Below are positions 43,780 through 53,063 of a stretch of DNA of 64,000 bases, piece after piece. The translations under genes and the position numbers were made by a program. The DNA is from Flavobacteriales bacterium (lineage in GTDB: Bacteria; Bacteroidota; Bacteroidia; UBA10329): contig JBIKWM010000015.1 of assembly GCA_044356305.1 (NCBI GenBank), positions 1,552 through 65,551 on the forward strand. Reading direction: 5' to 3'. The notes under the pieces are model-generated. The model was not told the DNA's origin and did not search any database. It saw nothing but the letters and a program-made list of their open reading frames with translations. Position 1 is the first letter of the stretch. Each line of letters opens with the position of its first letter.

Positions 43780-44723
43780 TTGCTCAAGTATCCATCGGTT
43801 GAACTAAGAAACGCGTGATAACGTGCAATACCCTCATTGAGTGACATGAACCGGTGCGCACATCCAGCGGCCCTCAATTGATTCAGATCGGCACAAGTGA
43901 ACTCCTGATATTTCCCTTTCAGGTGTTCAGGAAATGGCACCTCCGTCACCTTGCCATTTGGGCTGAGGCGTTGCAGCGAATCAGCCACAGCGGTGAAGGG
44001 TTCGGCCTTGCCGGTGCCACAGTTGAAAATCCCTGTGGTCGGGTGGTCCAGAAAATGAAGAACCACGGCAACCACGTCCTCTACAAAAACGAAGTCTCGT
44101 TTGAATCCCTCACTTCCCTCAAACAACTGCATGGATCCACCCTGCTGCAGCTGCCTGTAAAGATGGTACGCAACCGAGGCCATGTGCCCTTTATGGTTCT
44201 CTTGTGGCCCATATACGTTGAAGTACCGTAGACCCGTGACAGGCGCATGCAGGTTACCTTTTGCCCTACGATGGCGCACATGATTATCGAAGGCAAGCTT
44301 TGAGAAAGCGTATCCGTTTAGCGGCTTTTCACACATGTGCTCTTCGCGAAAACCCAATGTGCCATTGCCATACACTGCGGCACTGCTAGCATAGATAAGC
44401 GGCACATGCCACCTGTTGCAAGCATGCAAAACCTCCTTGCTGTAGAGGTAATTGTTCCGCATCAGGTAATCATTGTCCGTCTGGGTGGTATCTGAACACG
44501 CTCCTTGGTGAATGATGGCCGCATATTTCTGACTCGGCCCCTTTATAAGTGCAAGGAAATCGTCCCTGTGCATGTAGTCAGCATATTGCAGACCATTCAG
44601 ATTAAGAAACTTAGGGCCGTTCCCAAGATTATCGACAATTAAAATATCCCTGATACCACGCTTATTGAGCCCTTGCACAATGTTGCTCCCAATGAAGCCT
44701 GCTCCACCTGTTACAACTATCAT
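43776..44723 (-). CDS. hldD: ADP-L-glycero-D-manno-heptose 6-epimerase
   Basis: 315 aa. [33 protein letters not shown]... and the YxxxK SDR catalytic pair. Confidence 0.9.
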   Translation of the reverse strand: MIVVTGGAGFIGSNIVQGLNKRGIRDILIVDNLGNGPKFLNLNGLQYADYMHRDDFLALIKGPSQKYAAIIHQGACSDTTQTDNDYLMRNNYLYSKEVLHACNRWHVPLIYASSAAVYGNGTLGFREEHMCEKPLNGYAFSKLAFDNHVRHRRAKGNLHAPVTGLRYFNVYGPQENHKGHMASVAYHLYRQLQQGGSMQLFEGSEGFKRDFVFVEDVVAVVLHFLDHPTTGIFNCGTGKAEPFTAVADSLQRLSPNGKVTEVPFPEHLKGKYQEFTCADLNQLRAAGCAHRFMSLNEGIARYHAFLSSTDGYLSK

Positions 44724-46144
44724 ATTGAATCCCTCTTCTGAATGATAGCAGTAGTTGAAAGTCCGGGGACCAGTGGCAGAATGACCGTCTGGTCCGCATG
44801 CTCACGCCCAACCACCGCCTCGGGTGAATAATCTCCGCCTTTGACCAGAACATCGGGTCTGATGAGCTCAATGATCTGGGCCGGAGTGTCCTCATCGAAA
44901 AAAGTCACATAGTCCACAACACCGAGATGCGCAATGAGATAGGCCCGGTCATCGAGGGTGTTGATGGGTCTTGTATGGCCTTTGAGTCTCCGAACGGATT
45001 CATCGGAGTTCAGTGCCACCACGAGCAGGTCGCCCAAGGCGGATGCTCTTTCCAAAAGACTCACATGGCCCCTGTGGAGCACATCGAAGCATCCATTGGT
45101 GAATACGATACGCTTGCCTTCAACTCGTAATCTGATCAGTTCTGCCGTGAGTTCATTAATGCCTAGAATTTTGGAATCAGTTCCCAGCTGTGACGCAAGT
45201 TCTACCTCCTTGCTGGTGACACGTGCCGTGCCAACATGGCCAACAGCGATACCTGCGGCCACATTGGCCAAGCGCAGTCTGAGATGCCATTCGGTGTGGG
45301 TAGACATGAGGAGGGCGACCATAGCGAGGACCGTGTCGCCCGCACCGGTCACATCGAACACTTCACGTGCCGATGCCGGACTGTGCACCGCTTCAGTCGC
45401 AGAGATGTAAGACATCCCGCGCTCCGATCTTGTGACCAGAACGGCCCCTATCCCATGTTCTGTCAACAGTTTTCGGGCAGCACCGGTCACAGACCCATCG
45501 TCATTTCTAACCTCATGCCCCGAAGCATCTCCCAGCTCCTTTAGGTTAGGGGTGATAAGGTCGGCTCCAGTGTATCGGCCCCAGTCCGCACTCTTCGGGT
45601 CAACCACCGAGTATATACCCATCTGTTGTGACATGCTGATGAGCCGTGTGCAGATGTCTGGGCTAAGGGTGCCTTTGGCATAATCACTAAGCACCAGTAC
45701 GGAGGCATGCTCCATGGCCCTGAATGCCCTGGTGAGTAACTCTTCCGTTCGTGTTGGCTCAATGACAGCATTCGCTACTTCGCGGTCTACGCGTACAAGT
45801 TGATGCTTGCCGGCCATAATCCTGGTCTTGAGCACTGTACAGGGCAAAGCGGCCACGAGATCGTGCTCAACGGTCAATTCATTGAGCCGGGCTGAGAGAA
45901 TCTCAGCCTCTCGGTCAGGCCCTACGAAAGAGAGAAGATGGGCACAGGCTCCGAGTGCCACGATATTGGACGCCACGTTGGCCGCACCCCCAGGCGCTTC
46001 AGTCACCTCGCTCTGCAGCACCACCGGCACAGGGGCCTCCGGGCTAATACGATGTGCTGCGCCTGTCACATATCGGTCAAGCATGGCATCGCCAATGACA
46101 ACGATGCGAAGTTGACTGAAATCAGGGAGTGACATGGCCGACAA
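44720..46144 (-). CDS. hldE: Bifunctional D-beta-D-heptose 7-phosphate kinase / heptose 1-phosphate adenylyltransferase
   Basis: 474 aa. N-terminal PfkB kinase, C-terminal cytidylyltransferase (VFTNGCFDVLHRGHVSLL). Confidence 0.9.
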   Translation of the reverse strand: MSAMSLPDFSQLRIVVIGDAMLDRYVTGAAHRISPEAPVPVVLQSEVTEAPGGAANVASNIVALGACAHLLSFVGPDREAEILSARLNELTVEHDLVAALPCTVLKTRIMAGKHQLVRVDREVANAVIEPTRTEELLTRAFRAMEHASVLVLSDYAKGTLSPDICTRLISMSQQMGIYSVVDPKSADWGRYTGADLITPNLKELGDASGHEVRNDDGSVTGAARKLLTEHGIGAVLVTRSERGMSYISATEAVHSPASAREVFDVTGAGDTVLAMVALLMSTHTEWHLRLRLANVAAGIAVGHVGTARVTSKEVELASQLGTDSKILGINELTAELIRLRVEGKRIVFTNGCFDVLHRGHVSLLERASALGDLLVVALNSDESVRRLKGHTRPINTLDDRAYLIAHLGVVDYVTFFDEDTPAQIIELIRPDVLVKGGDYSPEAVVGREHADQTVILPLVPGLSTTAIIQKRDSI

Positions 46145-46152
46145 AGGTCGGC

Positions 46153-47436
46153 TCAGACAATCATTCCTGCGCCAACGGTATTGTTGGTGCCTTCATCAAT
46201 AATGATCACGCTGCCTGTGATGCGGTTTTTACGATAACCGTCAAAGAAAAGTGGGGCAGTGGTGCGCAGCTTGATACGACCAATGTCATTCAAAGCGATG
46301 GTCGTATCGCCCTCCACCTTTTGCATAGTGTTGATGTTCATCTTATACATCACCTCTTTGATCACACACCGGGCATCGCGGCTGGTGTGCTTGATCGCGT
46401 ACTTACCGCCAAGTTGAAGTGGGCGATCGCTCATCCAGCATACCATCACATCCACCTCTTGCTCCGCATCAGGGCGGTTGTTCGGTTTCACGATCATGTC
46501 GCCACGGCTGATGTCAATATCATCTTCGAGGGTCATGATTACGCTCATCGGGGCAAACGCCTCCTTCACCTCTTCGCCCATGATCTCGATACTCTTGATC
46601 TTAGATGTGAAGCCGGAAGGAAGCACTGATACCTCTTCGCCTGCACGGAATATTCCGCCAGCCACACGTCCTGCATAACCGCGGTAGTCATGATACTCCG
46701 ATTTCATAGGGCGCACAACGTACTGCACCGGAAAGCGCGCATCGATATGGTTATTATCGCTACCGATGTGAACGTTTTCAAGGATGTGCATCAAGGTGGA
46801 GCCACCATACCAGTCCATGTTCTTGGAGCGGTCCACCACGTTGTCACCCAATAGGGCCGAAATGGGAACGAATCGCACGTCTTTTATATCCAGGCGTGCC
46901 GAGAAATCCTCAAAATCATTACGCACCTTCTCGTAAGCCTCTTCTGAGAATCCGACCAGGTCCATCTTGTTGACACACACCACCACGTGAGGTATCTGGA
47001 GCAACGATGCGATGTAGGCATGGCGCTTGGTCTGCTCAATCACACCTTGACGGGCATCTACAAGTATGATGGCCAGATTGGCCGTGCTGGCACCGGTCAC
47101 CATGTTGCGGGTGTACTGAATGTGACCCGGTGTGTCAGCAATGATGAATTTGCGCTTTGGGGTGGCGAAGTAGCGGTAGGCGACATCGATGGTGATGCCC
47201 TGTTCGCGCTCAGCACGCAGGCCATCGGTCAAAAGGGCAAGGTTCACATGCTCTTCTCCCTTTTTGGCGCTGGCCTGTTCAATGGCCTCCATCTGATCGG
47301 CAAAAATTGACTTGCTGTCGTACAGCAGTCGGCCGATAAGGGTGCTCTTTCCATCATCAACGCTGCCGGCAGTGGTGAAACGGAGCAGCTCCATGTCGAG
47401 GTAGCCGCGGTGGTCGGTGGTTACTTCCTTCGTCAT
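46153..47436 (-). CDS. cysN: Sulfate adenylyltransferase subunit 1 (GTPase)
   Basis: GTPase motifs GSVDDGKST, DTPGH and NKMD. The start is trimmed to the Met at 47436 (MTKEVTTDH...). The longest ORF overlaps cysD. Confidence 0.9.
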   Translation of the reverse strand: MTKEVTTDHRGYLDMELLRFTTAGSVDDGKSTLIGRLLYDSKSIFADQMEAIEQASAKKGEEHVNLALLTDGLRAEREQGITIDVAYRYFATPKRKFIIADTPGHIQYTRNMVTGASTANLAIILVDARQGVIEQTKRHAYIASLLQIPHVVVCVNKMDLVGFSEEAYEKVRNDFEDFSARLDIKDVRFVPISALLGDNVVDRSKNMDWYGGSTLMHILENVHIGSDNNHIDARFPVQYVVRPMKSEYHDYRGYAGRVAGGIFRAGEEVSVLPSGFTSKIKSIEIMGEEVKEAFAPMSVIMTLEDDIDISRGDMIVKPNNRPDAEQEVDVMVCWMSDRPLQLGGKYAIKHTSRDARCVIKEVMYKMNINTMQKVEGDTTIALNDIGRIKLRTTAPLFFDGYRKNRITGSVIIIDEGTNNTVGAGMIV

Positions 47437-47473
47437 TATTTCCTGATTGATATGATTTATAATATGTTGAAAT

Positions 47474-48469
47474 TCAGAAATATCCCTGCTTCTTCCTGTC
47501 CTCCATGGCGGCCTCAGAGCGTTTGTCGTCCTGACGGCTGCCGCGCTCGGTGACGCGAGATGATGCCACCTCCTCAATTATATCCTCAAGGGTTGAGGCA
47601 TTGGACACAGTGGCCCCGGTGCAGGTCATATCGCCTATGGTACGGAAACGCACCTGCATGGTCCGCCTGGTCGCCAGTTCGCTCTCGCGCAGGTTCATGT
47701 ATTCAGAGTAGGCGTACAATGCCCCGTTGCGCTCGATCACCTCACGCTGGTGAGTGAAATAGATGCTCGGCATAGGGATGTTCTCCATCAGTATGTACTG
47801 CCATACATCCATCTCGGTCCAGTTACTGATCGGGAACACCCTGAAGTGCTCGCCCAGGTGCTTGCGGCCGTTAAAGAGGTTCCACAGCTCGGGGCGCTGG
47901 TTCTTTGGGTCCCATTGGCCGAACTCGTCACGGTGAGAGAAGAAACGCTCCTTTGCACGGGCCTTCTCCTCGTCCCTGCGTCCTCCGCCAAGGGCAGCAT
48001 CAAACTTGCCAGCCTCAAGACTCTCGAGCAGTGTTACTGTCTGTAGAGCATTGCGACTTGCGTTGTAGCCCTTCTCTTCAACTGCGGTCCCACGGTCAAT
48101 GGAATCCTGAACGTGGCCCACGATGAGCTTGGCCCCCGTGCGGGCTACCAGCTCATCGCGGTAGTCAAGGGTCTCTTGAAAGTTGTGGCCCGTATCGATA
48201 TGCAACAAAGGGAACGGGATGCTGGCCGGATAGAAAGCCTTCATGGCCAGATGGGTCATCACTATTGAGTCTTTACCACCTGAGAAAAGCAGCACGGGGT
48301 TCTCGAACTGTGCTGCCACCTCGCGCATCACGAACATGCTCTCTGACTCGAGCTCGCGGAGGTGATTGAGTTTGTATGCCTTTGATTCCAAGTTGATTGA
48401 AATTGTATTATTCGTTTGATTTAGGCCCTTATGCGACCCATGATCGCGGCCAATACCTGATCTGCACAT
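47474..48469 (-). CDS. cysD: Sulfate adenylyltransferase subunit 2
   Basis: Colinear with E. coli CysD (LNHLRELESESMFVMREVAAQFENPVLLFSGGKDS...KKQGYF). The ATG at 48469 overlaps cysC by 49 nt. An in-frame TTG at 48391 aligns with the canonical N-terminus and removes the overlap. Confidence 0.88.
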   Translation of the reverse strand: MCRSGIGRDHGSHKGLNQTNNTISINLESKAYKLNHLRELESESMFVMREVAAQFENPVLLFSGGKDSIVMTHLAMKAFYPASIPFPLLHIDTGHNFQETLDYRDELVARTGAKLIVGHVQDSIDRGTAVEEKGYNASRNALQTVTLLESLEAGKFDAALGGGRRDEEKARAKERFFSHRDEFGQWDPKNQRPELWNLFNGRKHLGEHFRVFPISNWTEMDVWQYILMENIPMPSIYFTHQREVIERNGALYAYSEYMNLRESELATRRTMQVRFRTIGDMTCTGATVSNASTLEDIIEEVASSRVTERGSRQDDKRSEAAMEDRKKQGYF

Positions 48470-49023
48470 TCCTCCACTGAACGGCCAGCGGTAGGCACAT
48501 CCACATCGGGCCGGTCGGGTGCCTCAAAAGGGGCATCGAGGCCAGTGAAGTTCTTGATCTCGCCTGCGCGGGCCTTTTTGTAAAGCCCTTTCACATCGCG
48601 TCTCTCACACTCCTCGAATGAGGTGTTCACGTAAACCTCCACAAAGTCATCGGCACCGATAATGTCTTTGGCCATTGTTCGGATGTCGCGCGTGGGGCTC
48701 ACAAAACAATTGATGGTGACAATGCCACAGTTCACAAAAAGCTTGCTCACCTCCGCTATCCTGCGGATGTTCTCAGTGCGGTCATCCTCACTGAAGCCCA
48801 AGTTGTTGCAGATGCCTGTGCGCACATTGTCGCCATCGAGCACCTGGGTAAGAATGCCTTTTTCGGCCAACTTCCGCTCAAGTGCCGCAGCTATGGTGGT
48901 CTTTCCCGACCCGCTAAGACCGGTCATCCACACCACCGAACCACGCTGCTTGAGCATGGACTCCTTATCGCCCCGCTGAAGGATGCGATCGAAAGTAGGA
49001 TGGATGTTTTTGCCTGTCAACAT
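48421..49023 (-). CDS. cysC: Adenylyl-sulfate kinase (APS kinase)
   Basis: 200 aa. P-loop GLSGSGKTT and the conserved APS-kinase core. Confidence 0.9.
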   Translation of the reverse strand: MLTGKNIHPTFDRILQRGDKESMLKQRGSVVWMTGLSGSGKTTIAAALERKLAEKGILTQVLDGDNVRTGICNNLGFSEDDRTENIRRIAEVSKLFVNCGIVTINCFVSPTRDIRTMAKDIIGADDFVEVYVNTSFEECERRDVKGLYKKARAGEIKNFTGLDAPFEAPDRPDVDVPTAGRSVEECADQVLAAIMGRIRA

Positions 49024-49116
49024 GTGCCTTTGGGGAAGGGCGCGAAGGTATGAAATAGCTATGAAGGGCCTTTCAGGCCTTCCACTACCTTCGGGCAGCC
49101 AAATAGTTCATGTCCG

Positions 49117-50025
49117 ATGAGCCTAATTAGCACAGTTCGGGACTTCGCCAGTGCGCCTGTAGATCAGGTGGGCATTGAGGAACGCGTGTCCCGTTTCACC
49201 AAGCGCAGCATAAAAAATGAGGCGAAGCGCCAAGGGCTGCGCATGGCCCTGAACATGATCGACCTTACCACGCTCGAGGGCAAAGACACAGAGGGCAAGG
49301 TGCGACAGATGTGCTACAAGGCTGCCCACCTGCACGATTCCCTGCGGGGTCTGCCCACTGTGGCGGCAGTCTGTGTTTACCCCAACCACGTGGCCACGGC
49401 AGTTGATGCGCTCAGAGGCACCGGAATAAAAGTAGCCTCAGTGGCCACCGCTTTTCCATCAGGCAATTCGACCCACCAGATAAAATTGGCTGACACCCGT
49501 CTTGCGGTTGATTCGGGCGCTGACGAGGTTGACATGGTCATCTCCCGTGGCAGATTCCTTCAGGGCGATCATGGCTTTGTTTCAGACGAGATAGCCGATA
49601 TCAAAGAGGCCTGTGGCAAGGCCCGCCTCAAGGTCATTCTGGAAACGGGCGAGCTCTGCACATTAGACAATGTGCGCATTGCCTCGTGGTTAGCCATGGA
49701 GGCCGGGGCCGATTTCATAAAGACTTCCACCGGCAAGATATCGCCTGCGGCCACCATGCCTGTGACACTTGTGATGCTCGAGGCGATACGCGACTATTAC
49801 TATCACACTGGCCGCATGGTGGGAATGAAACCTGCCGGTGGCATCAGCAAGGCCAAACAGGCCCTTCATTATCTGGTGATGGTGAACGAGACACTCGGTG
49901 ATGCATGGCTCAGCAATGAGTGGTTCCGCTTTGGGGCCAGCAGCCTGGCCAATGACGTGCTGATGCAATTGGCCCGTATGGAAGATGGGCGCTATCAGGG
50001 GTTGGACTATTTCAGCAGGGATTGA
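49117..50025 (+). CDS. deoC: Deoxyribose-phosphate aldolase (long form)
   Basis: 302 aa. IDLTTL, DEVDMV, LKVILETG and the Schiff-base Lys region IKTSTGK. Confidence 0.8.
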   Translation: MSLISTVRDFASAPVDQVGIEERVSRFTKRSIKNEAKRQGLRMALNMIDLTTLEGKDTEGKVRQMCYKAAHLHDSLRGLPTVAAVCVYPNHVATAVDALRGTGIKVASVATAFPSGNSTHQIKLADTRLAVDSGADEVDMVISRGRFLQGDHGFVSDEIADIKEACGKARLKVILETGELCTLDNVRIASWLAMEAGADFIKTSTGKISPAATMPVTLVMLEAIRDYYYHTGRMVGMKPAGGISKAKQALHYLVMVNETLGDAWLSNEWFRFGASSLANDVLMQLARMEDGRYQGLDYFSRD

Positions 50026-51494
50026 ACATGGAAAAAAACAAACCTGAACTCACCTTCGGCAATACCTGGCAATATGCCCCGGCACCGGAGAGTGCGGCCC
50101 AAGTGTCCATCAAGAAGGAATACGGCCTTTACATCAACGGCAAATGGCAGAAGGCCGAGGGCGGAAAGACCTTTGCAAGTGAGAACCCCGCCAATGGGGA
50201 ACACATTGCGCTGTTTGCAGAGGCGAGCGAGAAGGATGTGGACAAGGCCGTGAAAGCCGCACGGAAGGCTTACGATGATGTGTGGTCAAAGCTACCCGCC
50301 AAGGAACGCGCCAAGTACATCTTCCGCATTGCGAGGCTCATTCAGGAACGGGCACGCGAGTTCGCCATCTGCGAGAGCATGGACGGTGGAAAACCGATCC
50401 GCGAGAGCCGCGATATCGATGTGCCCTTGGCCGCCAACCACTTCTTTTACTATGCAGGCTGGGCCGATAAGCTGGAATATGCCTTTCCGGGCAAGAATCC
50501 GAAACCGTTGGGCGTGGCAGGGCAGATCATTCCGTGGAATTTCCCACTGCTGATGGCCGCTTGGAAGATCGCACCCGCCTTGGCCTGTGGCAACACCGTG
50601 GTGCTGAAACCTGCCGAGACCACCCCGCTCACCGCCATCAAGCTGGCCGAGCTGATCCACGATGCAGGACTGCCTGCCGGTGTGGTGAACATCATCACTG
50701 GCGCAGGGGCCACAGGCAACGCCCTTGTCAACCACCCTGATGTGAACAAGATTGCCTTCACCGGCAGCACGGGCGTTGGGAAGCTCATCCAAAAAGCCGT
50801 GGCCGGAACCAACAAGAAAGTGACCCTCGAGCTAGGCGGCAAGGCGGCCAACATCATCTTTGACGATGCTCCGCTCGATCAGGCCGTAGAGGGCATCATC
50901 AACGGCATCTTTTTCAATCAGGGCCACGTGTGCTGCGCGGGCTCGCGGCTGTTCGTGCAGGAGAATGTGTATGACACCGTCATCCGCAAACTGAAAGACC
51001 GCATGGCGACCCTACGTCTGGGCGACCCGCTTGACAAGAACACCGACATTGGGGCAATCAACTCGGCCAAACAGTTGGTCACCATTGAGAAATACCTGGC
51101 CATTGGCAAAGAAGAAGGGGCCGAGATGTGGCAGCCCGAATGTGCCGTGCCTGCAAAAGGCAACTGGTGCCGCCCCACCTTGTTCCTCGAAACCTCGCAA
51201 AGCCACCGCATTGTGCAAGAGGAGATTTTTGGCCCTGTGCTGGCCGTGCAGACCTTCCGCACGATTGACGAGGTGATTGAGAAGGCCAACAACACGCCCT
51301 ACGGCCTCAGTGCAGGCGTGTGGACCGACAAGGGATCGAAGATCTTCAACCTCACCACTAAGCTGCGCGCGGGCGTGGTGTGGGCCAACACCTACAACAA
51401 GTTCGACCCGACCTCACCTTTCGGGGGCTACAAGGAGAGCGGGTTCGGCCGCGAGGGTGGGGTGCATGGGTTGAGTGCGTACTTGAAGGTGTGA
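50022..51494 (+). CDS. NAD(P)-dependent aldehyde dehydrogenase
   Basis: 490 aa. GNTVVLKPAE, ELGGKA, catalytic FFNQGHVCCAGSR. Its start overlaps the deoC stop (ATGA), which suggests coupled acetaldehyde oxidation. Confidence 0.9.
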   Translation: MNMEKNKPELTFGNTWQYAPAPESAAQVSIKKEYGLYINGKWQKAEGGKTFASENPANGEHIALFAEASEKDVDKAVKAARKAYDDVWSKLPAKERAKYIFRIARLIQERAREFAICESMDGGKPIRESRDIDVPLAANHFFYYAGWADKLEYAFPGKNPKPLGVAGQIIPWNFPLLMAAWKIAPALACGNTVVLKPAETTPLTAIKLAELIHDAGLPAGVVNIITGAGATGNALVNHPDVNKIAFTGSTGVGKLIQKAVAGTNKKVTLELGGKAANIIFDDAPLDQAVEGIINGIFFNQGHVCCAGSRLFVQENVYDTVIRKLKDRMATLRLGDPLDKNTDIGAINSAKQLVTIEKYLAIGKEEGAEMWQPECAVPAKGNWCRPTLFLETSQSHRIVQEEIFGPVLAVQTFRTIDEVIEKANNTPYGLSAGVWTDKGSKIFNLTTKLRAGVVWANTYNKFDPTSPFGGYKESGFGREGGVHGLSAYLKV

Positions 51495-51628
51495 TGCACC
51501 CTGCATCTGCTCAGGCCAACGTGACATCACGCTTCGATTGACCGCATTGGGCAACTTGAATTCCGAGCACGATAGGTTGCATTTCCTTAGTCTTTCAGTG
51601 CGCTTCAACATAGTGCGCACTATCTGTC

Positions 51629-52846
51629 TCAGGCCCTGCGGTTGGCCAGCAGCAGCGGAGGTTCGCCATTGAACGGATTGCTGCGGCCTATGGTGCGCGC
51701 GCCCAGGCCCGAGGCCCGCATCACGGCCCGGTCGCCAAAGCGCTGGCGTATGCGGTCCATGCCCTGGTAGAGGTTTATCATGCTCTCGTCCTCATCGAAC
51801 AGGCTGATCTGGTGGCTGCCCCCGGCCAGATGGCTGAAGCGTATGCCTATGAGCCGCACCAGCAGCCTACGGTCATATAGCCGGGCAAACAGCTCCTGCA
51901 CCACGGGCAGTATGTTGTGGTCGGCCGCGGTGTGGGGCAGGGTGCGCTGCAGGGTGTAGGTCTGAAAATCGGAGTAGCGCAGTTTGAGGGTGATGCAGGC
52001 GGTGACCTTCTGCGCCCTGCGCAACTGAAAGGCAAGGTTCTCGGCCATGGCCGTGAGGATGCCGCGCAGCATGGCCACATCGGTGGTGTCGCGGTCAAAG
52101 GTGCGCTCGGTGGATATGGACTTGCGCTCGTTGTAGGCCACCACGGGTGTGGGGTCTATGCCATTGGCCTTGCGCCACAGGGTGCGGCCGTTGGTGCCCA
52201 GCAGGCCCTCCAGCATCTCCACAGGCATCTGTTGCAGGGTGCCTATGTGTTTCACGCCCAGGTGGCACAGCGTGTGGTGCGTCTTCTCGCCCACCATGGG
52301 TATACGGTTAACGGGCAATGGGGCCAGAAAAGGGCGCTCGGTGCCGTTGGGCACATGCAACTGGTTGTTGGGCTTGGCCTGATCGGTGGCCACCTTCGAC
52401 ACGGTCTTGTTCACACTCAGCCCAAAGGATATGGGCAGCCGTGTCTCGCGCTGTATGGTCTGGCGCAGCTCGGTGGCAAATTTGAGGCACCCGAAATAGC
52501 GGTCCATACCGGTCAGGTCCACATAGAACTCGTCAATGGAGGTCTTCTCCATGAGCGGTACGCGCTCGCGGATGATGTGGGTCACCTCGTCAGACAGTTT
52601 GAGGTAACTGGCCGAGTTGCCACGTATCACCACGGCCTCGGGGCACAGTTGGCGGGCCATGCGCATGGGCATGGCCGAGCGTATGCCGAATGCCCGCGCC
52701 TCGTAGCTGCATGCGGCCACCACACCGCGGTCTGAGGTGCCGCCCACCAGCACCGGACGGCCTACGAGGCGGCTGTCGTGCAGCCGCTCAACCGACACGA
52801 AGAAGGAGTCGAGGTCGAGATGGGCGATGGTGCGCTCGGGCTGCAT
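51629..52846 (-). CDS. dinB: Y-family DNA polymerase IV
   Basis: Catalytic HLDLDSFF and SIDEFYVD acidic residues are present. The start is trimmed to the Met at 52846 (MQPERTIAHLDLD). The longest ORF runs to 52993. Confidence 0.85.
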   Translation of the reverse strand: MQPERTIAHLDLDSFFVSVERLHDSRLVGRPVLVGGTSDRGVVAACSYEARAFGIRSAMPMRMARQLCPEAVVIRGNSASYLKLSDEVTHIIRERVPLMEKTSIDEFYVDLTGMDRYFGCLKFATELRQTIQRETRLPISFGLSVNKTVSKVATDQAKPNNQLHVPNGTERPFLAPLPVNRIPMVGEKTHHTLCHLGVKHIGTLQQMPVEMLEGLLGTNGRTLWRKANGIDPTPVVAYNERKSISTERTFDRDTTDVAMLRGILTAMAENLAFQLRRAQKVTACITLKLRYSDFQTYTLQRTLPHTAADHNILPVVQELFARLYDRRLLVRLIGIRFSHLAGGSHQISLFDEDESMINLYQGMDRIRQRFGDRAVMRASGLGARTIGRSNPFNGEPPLLLANRRA

Positions 52847-53003
52847 GGCGGGTTCAGTGTGTGGCGGTGGCGCATGTGCGGCTGCGGGCGGCCCCGTGGG
52901 GCAGATGCCAAGGTAGGCGGGCCGCCCCTGCATGGGGCCGGTGTTGATAAATAGATTGCTGCTGAGTGTGTGGCAGATGCATCGGGGGCACAATGCTCAG
53001 CAC

Positions 53004-53030
53004 GCACACCGTAACCTATTTACGGTGTGC
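53004..53030. promoter_or_regulatory. Perfect inverted repeat in the dinB/dnaE2 divergent promoter (candidate SOS-type operator)
   Basis: GCACACCGTAA-cctat-TTACGGTGTGC, with 11-bp arms. It ends 34 nt upstream of the dnaE2 ATG. Confidence 0.35.
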
Positions 53031-53063
53031 TGTGCCCTGCCGTAACGACCTTGGCACCGCCTC

